DNA of 64,000 nucleotides, taken from an uncultured Pelagibacteraceae bacterium (GTDB taxonomy: Bacteria; Pseudomonadota; Alphaproteobacteria; Pelagibacterales; Pelagibacteraceae). Each line of letters opens with the position of its first letter. The first letter of the stretch is position 1. Positions 57,371 to 64,000 of this stretch are shown here, one piece after another. The notes beneath the pieces are model-generated. The model worked only from the letters and a program-made list of their open reading frames with translations. It did no database searches and was not told the DNA's origin. The position numbers were made by a program, and so were the translations under genes. The stretch spans positions 54,859-118,858 of the forward strand of contig CACJSY010000003.1 in the NCBI GenBank assembly GCA_902596205.1, read 5' to 3'.

Positions 57371-58744
57371 CTAGATAGCGCCAACACTAAAAATATTTTC
57401 AACTGCCTTTAACTCTTCTCGTTTGGCTAAAAACACAACAGAGTCATTTTTTTCAAAAATAAAATTAGATCTTGGAATTATAACTTTATCTTTTCTTATA
57501 ATAGCGCCGATCCTTATATCTTCAGGCAAGTTTGAGTCACGTATCTTTTTATTAATTAATTCTGATTTTTCAGATATTTTTGCTTCAATACATTCGTATG
57601 CACCATCTAAAAGTGAATAAACATTGCCAATCGTACCTCTATGTACATGTTCCATAATTCTTGAAACCGTGGTCATACGTGGGTCAACCAAATCATCAAT
57701 GTTAAGTGAATCTTGTAAAAGATTGTAATTAGTTTTATTAACGATTGCAATTGTTCTCTTTTTTAGTCCTGTTTTTTCTGCCAATACGCATGCCATCATA
57801 TTATTTTCATCATCATTAGTTAAGGCTAAAACTGTTTCCGATCCCTCTAAGTTTGCTTCTTTAAGAATTTCTTCATCTAAAGCATCGCCATTTATTACAA
57901 TTGAAGAAGAAAGCTCATTAGCAATTTCCTCTGCTCTTTGTTTATTTATTTCAATTATTTTAACTCGCACGTCCTCAAAATTTTCCTCCAACATTTTAGC
58001 TAAATGTAAACCAATATTTCCACCTCCTATAATTAATACGTTTTTTGCAATTTTCTCTTCATGGCCAAATGCTTTTAATATTGGATTTAATTGATCACTA
58101 CTCACTACTACATAAACATTATCATCTTCTAGCATTTGATCATCTTTTTTAAGATAAATAAATTTATTTTTTCTAAGTGCGCCTAATATATTTGCTTTAA
58201 AATCTGGAAATTTTTCTGTTAGTTTTTTTAAAGGGATATTCTTAATTGGACAATTTTTTTCGATAGCAATTTCTAGCATCTTAACTTTATTTTTGCCAAA
58301 TGGAACGTTGTCAAGTGCACCAGGTGCTTCTAATCTTCTATACAATGATTTAGCTACTTCAAGTTCAGGGGATATGATGACATCTATAGGTATGTTAGAT
58401 TTATTGTATAACTTTCCCCATTTTCCTTCTAAAAAGTCCTTTGTTCTAATCCTGGCAATTTTTTTTGATACATTAAATAAAGAGCTAGCTAATTGACAAA
58501 CAATCATATTAGTTTCATCGTTTCTAGTTACCGCAATAATCATGTCTGCTTTTTCGGCGCCAGCATTCTCCAATACTGAAGGTAAACTTGCTCTACCAAC
58601 AACACCTTTCACGTCCTGGGTATCATTTATTTTTTTAATATCATCAGAAGATTGATCGATGACTGTCACTGAGTGACCTTGAGCGGATAATTGTTTACTT
58701 ATCGAAAAGCCAACCTTACCGGCTCCACATATGATTATATTCAT
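57371..58744 (-). CDS. trkA: Trk potassium uptake regulatory subunit
   Basis: Two RCK domains (GAGKVG, GGGNIG); ISPE and TNDDENN motifs. Confidence 0.96.
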   Translation of the reverse strand: MNIIICGAGKVGFSISKQLSAQGHSVTVIDQSSDDIKKINDTQDVKGVVGRASLPSVLENAGAEKADMIIAVTRNDETNMIVCQLASSLFNVSKKIARIRTKDFLEGKWGKLYNKSNIPIDVIISPELEVAKSLYRRLEAPGALDNVPFGKNKVKMLEIAIEKNCPIKNIPLKKLTEKFPDFKANILGALRKNKFIYLKKDDQMLEDDNVYVVVSSDQLNPILKAFGHEEKIAKNVLIIGGGNIGLHLAKMLEENFEDVRVKIIEINKQRAEEIANELSSSIVINGDALDEEILKEANLEGSETVLALTNDDENNMMACVLAEKTGLKKRTIAIVNKTNYNLLQDSLNIDDLVDPRMTTVSRIMEHVHRGTIGNVYSLLDGAYECIEAKISEKSELINKKIRDSNLPEDIRIGAIIRKDKVIIPRSNFIFEKNDSVVFLAKREELKAVENIFSVGAI

Positions 58745-58746
58745 TT

Positions 58747-60114
58747 TTAATTGAGGCCCTTAATTCCTAAAGATTTTAATTTTCTATGCAGAGCAGATCT
58801 CTCCATTCCTATAAAATCTGCAGTTTTAGAAATGTTCCCATGGTGCTTTTTTAACTGTGTGATTAAGTATTCCTTTTCAAAGTTTTCTCTAGCTTCTTTT
58901 AGTGGAGATTGAAATGATTGCTCTAAAATATTTTTATTATCCTCTACTTTTGACGATGGATTTAAAACATCATCAATTACTTGATTAATTTTTTGTTTGC
59001 TCTCGTTAGATGACAAAATGGTTATTCTCTCCACTAAATTTCTTAATTCTCTTACATTTCCTGGCCAATTGTATGTGTATAAGCTATCGTTTTTGATATC
59101 AATATCAGGTTTTTGTACACCGTTAATCTCTGAAAGTTTGGACTTAAAATATTCAATCAATAAAGGTATATCCTCTGTTCTTGATGAGAGAGACGCAAGC
59201 TCAACCGGCATTACATTTAAACGGTGATAAAGATCCTCCCTAAATTTACCTTCTTTAACCAAAGTATCCAAATTTTTAGAAGTTGATGAAATTAATCTAA
59301 TATTTACATTAATATCTTTTGATCCATTTACTCGTTTAAATTTTTGATCTATTAAAACTCTTAGGACATTTGCTTGAGTTTCAAAAGGTATCTCCGATAC
59401 TTCATCTATTAAGAGTGTTCCTCGATTAGCCCGCTCTAATGATCCAAAAGATATATTACCGTCTTCAAACTCTTCTCCAAATAATTCTTTTTCATAAGTT
59501 TTTTCTTTCAATAATGCAGCATTTATTATTACAAACGGTTCTTTAGTTCTCGAAGAATTTTTATGGATTTTTCTAGCTACTAATTCTTTTCCAGAGCCTG
59601 TAGGTCCAGAAATTAAAACTCTACTTTCAGAAGTTGACAGTTTATCAATAATTTTCTTAACTTTAAGGATGGCTGGACTCTTTCCAATAAGTTCGAATGA
59701 ATGAAACAATTTATTTTCAATAATATCTTTTTCCTTCTTGAGAGCAGCAGACTCCAGTCCTCTATTTACATAATTTATTATTTTTTCTTTTGAAAATGGC
59801 TTTTCAATAAATTCATAAGCTCCTAGCCTAATTGCCTCTACTGCTATTGCAACTGTTGCATGCCCAGAAATCATTATAACCGGTATAAGTCTATTTTTTT
59901 GGTTTACTAATTTTAATAAATCAATTCCATCTCTATCTGGTTTATCCAATTTAATATCTATAATTGCTAAATCAGGTAATCGCTTATTTATTTCTAGAAC
60001 AGCCTGATCATAATTAGCTGCAGAGCGCACTTTAAAGTTTTGCTCTTCTAAGATACTACAAATCAGAAATCTTATATCTGGATTATCGTCAATAACTAAA
60101 ACTTCTTTATACAT
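58747..60114 (-). CDS. ntrX: Response regulator NtrX (REC-AAA-Fis HTH)
   Basis: REC domain (DD, D, ISGH, KP), GPTGSGKE, FREDLYHRLNV, WPGNVREL and MERSALHRKL motifs. Confidence 0.95.
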   Translation of the reverse strand: MYKEVLVIDDNPDIRFLICSILEEQNFKVRSAANYDQAVLEINKRLPDLAIIDIKLDKPDRDGIDLLKLVNQKNRLIPVIMISGHATVAIAVEAIRLGAYEFIEKPFSKEKIINYVNRGLESAALKKEKDIIENKLFHSFELIGKSPAILKVKKIIDKLSTSESRVLISGPTGSGKELVARKIHKNSSRTKEPFVIINAALLKEKTYEKELFGEEFEDGNISFGSLERANRGTLLIDEVSEIPFETQANVLRVLIDQKFKRVNGSKDINVNIRLISSTSKNLDTLVKEGKFREDLYHRLNVMPVELASLSSRTEDIPLLIEYFKSKLSEINGVQKPDIDIKNDSLYTYNWPGNVRELRNLVERITILSSNESKQKINQVIDDVLNPSSKVEDNKNILEQSFQSPLKEARENFEKEYLITQLKKHHGNISKTADFIGMERSALHRKLKSLGIKGLN

Positions 60115-61885
60115 ATTTAGGTAATGATATTGTAACTATTGTACCACTTTTATTACTTTTATTTTTTATTGAAAACTTACCAGAATGTTCATTAATAATT
60201 TTTGTAACTATTGGCAGTCCTAAACCTGTTCCAGTTTTTTTTGTGGTAAAGTAAGGCGTCATTGCTTTTTTAGAGTCTGAAATACCTGTGCCATTATCTT
60301 TTATTCTAATGGATATATAGTCATTATTATCATCTATTTCTATGTCAATATTTCCTTTAAAATTGGGCTCTTTTTGCATTCTATCTAGAAAAGCCTCTTC
60401 TGAATTTTTAATTAAATTGATAAAAACTCTATTAAGTTGATCTTCATCTCCAGAAATAAATTTTTTCTTAGATTTATTTATTAAATTTATTGAATTTTTA
60501 GATGTTAGATTTATGAAATCTAAAGATTTATTGATTAATTTTTCAATATCTACCTTTTTTAAAATAGGTCTCGGCATCCTAGCAAAGTTTGAAAACTCAT
60601 TAACTAATTTTTCAATATCTTTAATCTGTCTATTAATAGTCTCTAAATATTTTTCAAAGTCTTTTCCTTCACGTGTAAGCTTATCTTTGTATTTTTCTCT
60701 AAGACTATCAATTGATAACTGAATTGGTGTCAAAGGATTTTTTATTTCATGCGCTAACTTTCTTGCAACACTTTCCCAAGCCTCATATCTTTCTGTGATA
60801 AGTAGTTTATCTTGTTGCTCTTTTAATCTTTCTATCATTTGATTAAAATTATGATTTAATTGTTTAAATTCTTCATCAGTTTCTAACTCAGGAACTTTTA
60901 CATCCAGAGCTCCTTTGCTTATTGAGTCTGATGCCCCAATTAAATTAATTATCGGTTTTGTTAGTCGTGAAGCAAAAGTGATAGCTATAGATGTTGATAA
61001 GAATAATAGCAAAGTAACAACAATTATATAAATAATTGCAAAAGTAACTTTTATACCTGTTTGGCTATTTTCTACCGAGTAATAAAAACTAACAGCTTGT
61101 TCGGTTTCATTTAAGTATCTTAAAATTTCAGGATCAATATTCCTTGAAATATATAAGTATGTATCAACCAAAGATGTAAGTTTAGTCATAACCGTAGTTT
61201 TATTTTCTAAATTATCAGTAATAAATACAGGTTTACCTTCTAAGGCTTGATTATAATCCTCGTCAGCAGGTATCACTAATTCCTCTGTAATATCCCTTAC
61301 GTCAGAAAGTAAAATATTACCAAGACTATCAATTAAATAAACATCGTCGACTCTTCTTAAAATTTTTTCTGATTTTACAATTTGTTTAAATCTATTAGGA
61401 TTTGAATAATAAAAACTTGAAGCTCGATTTAAACCAACACTCATTAAAATTACATCGGATAAAACATTTTCTTTACTCTCTTCTAAATAATTTTTTGCTA
61501 CATCAAACGAGTTATTTACTGCTTTAGTAATTTGTTTATCAAAGTAATTTTGAATTCCAAAATTAAAGATAAAAAGAGAAAAAATTGCAACAATTAGAGA
61601 AGGTATAACGGTAAATAAAGAAAAAATAGAAATATATTTTAGATTAGTTTGAGATCCTTTTTTATTTTTTTTTCCAGTGTAGTAAAATCTATAAAAATTT
61701 CTAAAAATTAAAGTAAAAAAAATTAATAATAGAAAAATATCAATTATTAATAGTGTTTGTAAATTTTGGTCAGTTAAGGCAACAAATCCTTCGTTTATAA
61801 AGGTTAAAAATGTTACGATCCCCATAAAAATACATAAAAATGAGGATAAAATAATCCAGTTGAAATTTTTTATAATCTTAAACAT
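60107..61885 (-). CDS. ntrY: Sensor histidine kinase NtrY
   Basis: TM segments and HAMP domain; AWESVARKLAHEIKNPLTPIQL, N/G1/F/G2 boxes; directly upstream of ntrX. Confidence 0.94.
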   Translation of the reverse strand: MFKIIKNFNWIILSSFLCIFMGIVTFLTFINEGFVALTDQNLQTLLIIDIFLLLIFFTLIFRNFYRFYYTGKKNKKGSQTNLKYISIFSLFTVIPSLIVAIFSLFIFNFGIQNYFDKQITKAVNNSFDVAKNYLEESKENVLSDVILMSVGLNRASSFYYSNPNRFKQIVKSEKILRRVDDVYLIDSLGNILLSDVRDITEELVIPADEDYNQALEGKPVFITDNLENKTTVMTKLTSLVDTYLYISRNIDPEILRYLNETEQAVSFYYSVENSQTGIKVTFAIIYIIVVTLLLFLSTSIAITFASRLTKPIINLIGASDSISKGALDVKVPELETDEEFKQLNHNFNQMIERLKEQQDKLLITERYEAWESVARKLAHEIKNPLTPIQLSIDSLREKYKDKLTREGKDFEKYLETINRQIKDIEKLVNEFSNFARMPRPILKKVDIEKLINKSLDFINLTSKNSINLINKSKKKFISGDEDQLNRVFINLIKNSEEAFLDRMQKEPNFKGNIDIEIDDNNDYISIRIKDNGTGISDSKKAMTPYFTTKKTGTGLGLPIVTKIINEHSGKFSIKNKSNKSGTIVTISLPKYV

Positions 61886-61932
61886 CTAAATAAGCATTAA
61901 ATATCTATATAAATATAATATAAGTTTATACC

Positions 61933-63078
61933 ATGAGTTTTAGTTTAATTATTCTTGCAGGAGGTAATAGCCATAGATTTAGGTCTAATATTGGCAAACC
62001 TTATCAAAAAATAGCAGGCAAATCATTAACTGAAATCAACATAAATAAAGCACGTAAATTTAAACAAATTAAAAAGATTGTTCTAGTTTACAATAAAAAA
62101 GACTCAAAACGAGTCAAATCACTTAATCTTAAAGATGTAAAATTAGTTCTTGGAGGAAAAAGTAGACAACAATCTACTTTCAACGCGTTAAAATATTTAG
62201 TTAATCAAAAAAAAATATCTAAAGTTTTAATACACGATGTTGCAAGACCTAATTTTTCGAAAAAACTATTAAGCTCAATTTTAAAAAATATGAACAAAGC
62301 TAGAGCTGTGGTCCCGATAATAAAAGTCGAAGATGCAATTAAACAAATAATAGACTCAAGCAAAGAGGAATATATAGTTGGGAAGAAAAGAGACAGTTTA
62401 TTTTTAACTCAAACGCCCCAAGCCTTCAATTTAAAAGAAATATATCATTTGCATAAAACTAACTTTGAAAAATATAAAGATGACGATATTTCTTTATATA
62501 TGAATCTTAACAAAGTTAAGTTTATTGAGGGTGAAAAAAATAATTTTAAAATTACAGAAAAGTCTGATTTTGAAAATTTAAAAAATATTTTTAAATCTAA
62601 ACAAACTGTCGGGATTGGATTTGATGTTCATAGACTAGTTCCTAATAGAAAACTTTTTTTAGCAGGTTTAAAAATAAAATCTAAGTTAGGAACATTAGGG
62701 CATTCAGATGGTGATCCAGTTCTTCATTCAATTACTGATGCAATTTTAGGTGCATGTATGATGGGTGATATTGGTCGAATGTTTTCAGACAAAAGTAAAA
62801 GATTTAAGAATGTAAGATCCACTATTTTACTTAAGGAAGTAATAAAACAAATCAATTCTAAAGGATATTTTATAAATAATATTGATATAAATATTATTGC
62901 TCAAACACCTAAAATCAAAAATTTAAAAAGAATAATGATAGATAACATTGCTCAACTTTGTGAAATTTCTAAAGATCAAATAAATATAAAGGGGAAAACA
63001 ACTGAAAAATTAGGTGTTATAGGAAAAGAAAAAGCAATAGCGTGTGAAGTTATATGCTCAGTAATTAAATATGATTAA
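61933..63078 (+). CDS. ispDF: Bifunctional IspD/IspF
   Basis: IspD: IHDVARP, QTPQAF, NFKIT. IspF: GIGFDVH, GHSDGD, GDIG, KGKTTE. Confidence 0.95.
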   Translation: MSFSLIILAGGNSHRFRSNIGKPYQKIAGKSLTEININKARKFKQIKKIVLVYNKKDSKRVKSLNLKDVKLVLGGKSRQQSTFNALKYLVNQKKISKVLIHDVARPNFSKKLLSSILKNMNKARAVVPIIKVEDAIKQIIDSSKEEYIVGKKRDSLFLTQTPQAFNLKEIYHLHKTNFEKYKDDDISLYMNLNKVKFIEGEKNNFKITEKSDFENLKNIFKSKQTVGIGFDVHRLVPNRKLFLAGLKIKSKLGTLGHSDGDPVLHSITDAILGACMMGDIGRMFSDKSKRFKNVRSTILLKEVIKQINSKGYFINNIDINIIAQTPKIKNLKRIMIDNIAQLCEISKDQINIKGKTTEKLGVIGKEKAIACEVICSVIKYD

Positions 63079-63574
63079 AACTATAAATTATTTATTTGTC
63101 ACATGTTTAGGCCTAGGGTCTTTTAGATTTGCCCCAGGCACTATAACTTCTTTAATTACAACTATTTTTTTATACAGCTTATTTCATATAATTAATCTAT
63201 CTAACACTATTATATTATTAATTTTATTTTTAGTTTTTATATATTCATTTTATGCAGTATCTGAATATATAAAACATAATAAAGACAAGGATCCTAAAGA
63301 AATTGTTGTAGATGAGTTTATTGGACAATCTATTCCAATTTATCTTTATGAAGTTGCACACGGAACTTCAAAAGGCCCACAAGAGTCAATGTTATTTTAT
63401 CTATATATTTTTATTTTATTTAGATATTTTGATATTAAAAAACCTTTTCCAGTCAGTTTTTTTGATAAAAAATTTAAAAATAGTTTTGGAGTAATAATAG
63501 ACGATGTAGTTGCAGGTCTATATGTTGTCCTTACATTGATAATCTTTATGGTAATTAAATCAAAGTTTTTCTAA
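63071..63574 (+). CDS. pgpA: Phosphatidylglycerophosphatase A
   Basis: APGT, DPKEIVVDEFIG, FRYFDIKKPFP and GVIIDDVVAG motifs. Confidence 0.94.
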   Translation: MIKTINYLFVTCLGLGSFRFAPGTITSLITTIFLYSLFHIINLSNTIILLILFLVFIYSFYAVSEYIKHNKDKDPKEIVVDEFIGQSIPIYLYEVAHGTSKGPQESMLFYLYIFILFRYFDIKKPFPVSFFDKKFKNSFGVIIDDVVAGLYVVLTLIIFMVIKSKFF

Positions 63575-64000
63575 TGAGTTTAAATAAAAAGTTAATTTTA
63601 CTAATTAAAAGAAAAAAGATGAAACTTGCAATTGCGGAGTCATGTACCGGAGGGATGCTGTCCAGCGCTATTACCTCTGTAAACGGGTCATCTAAAGTAT
63701 TTAATATGGGATTAATCACTTACTCAAATCTGGCCAAAATAAATATATTAAAAGTTCCTGAAAGAATAATAAAAAAATATGGAGCTGTTAGTGTTCAATG
63801 TTGTTTGGCTATGGTTAATAACCTAAGAAAAATTAGTAAATCAAAAGTCTGTATTTCAATAACGGGAATTGCTGGTCCTAAAGGAGGATCTAAACAAAAA
63901 CCAGTAGGTTTGGTTTATATTGGAATTAGGATTGGAAAAAAGGTTGTTATTAACAAATGTAATTTTAAGAATAAAGGAAGAATTTTTATTCAAAAACAAA
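63574..64000 (+). CDS. cinA: CinA/PncC-family NMN deamidase (3'-truncated)
   Basis: Manual translation from ATG 63574 gives AIAESCTGG, GSS, TYSN, YGAVS and ITGIAGP..G...KPVGLVYIG. Confidence 0.92.
   Translation, partial: MSLNKKLILLIKRKKMKLAIAESCTGGMLSSAITSVNGSSKVFNMGLITYSNLAKINILKVPERIIKKYGAVSVQCCLAMVNNLRKISKSKVCISITGIAGPKGGSKQKPVGLVYIGIRIGKKVVINKCNFKNKGRIFIQKQ

Noticed and set aside
1-64000. CRISPR array, IS elements, prophage, defence systems, riboswitches
   Set aside because: I saw no regularly spaced repeats and no transposase, integrase or phage ORFs. The intergenic gaps are short and I recognised no riboswitch core. An Rfam/Infernal scan would be needed to exclude small RNAs.

Overview
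This is a very AT-rich, tightly packed chromosomal segment, with many 1-8 bp overlaps and intergenic gaps mostly under 100 bp. Gene content and order point to a streamlined marine alphaproteobacterium, most likely SAR11/Pelagibacterales (inference from synteny and composition). The core backbone is gyrA(partial)-ssb/uvrA, the dgt-argS-nagZ-scpAB-tatABC-serS-yajC-secDF cluster, erpA-xth, manC-ilvD-valS, tRNA-Cys/Asn/Arg, cysK, aapJQMP, zapE-galE, ntrYX-trkAH and ispDF-pgpA-cinA(partial). Three accessory modules sit in it. (1) A GH63 glucosylglycerate/mannosylglycerate-hydrolase-like gene with its own CUT1 sugar ABC transporter, whose MalF-like permease carries an inserted DUF11/Ig-like domain. 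(2) An Fe3+ ABC operon under two tandem, near-canonical Fur boxes, with a small CxxC ORF inside it. (3) A glycerol ABC/glpK operon that has an NAD(P)-dependent G3P dehydrogenase instead of glpD, ends in gap, and lies next to divergent pfkA/pyk. Modules 1 and 3 together suggest a route for using phytoplankton heterosides or osmolytes through EMP glycolysis. I also see unannotated small proteins (a PopZ-helix-1-like ORF and an ORF in the ftsN position) and several apparently leaderless or bidirectional promoters. I found no integrase, transposase, prophage, CRISPR array or rRNA. All product calls come from motif recognition, not database searches.
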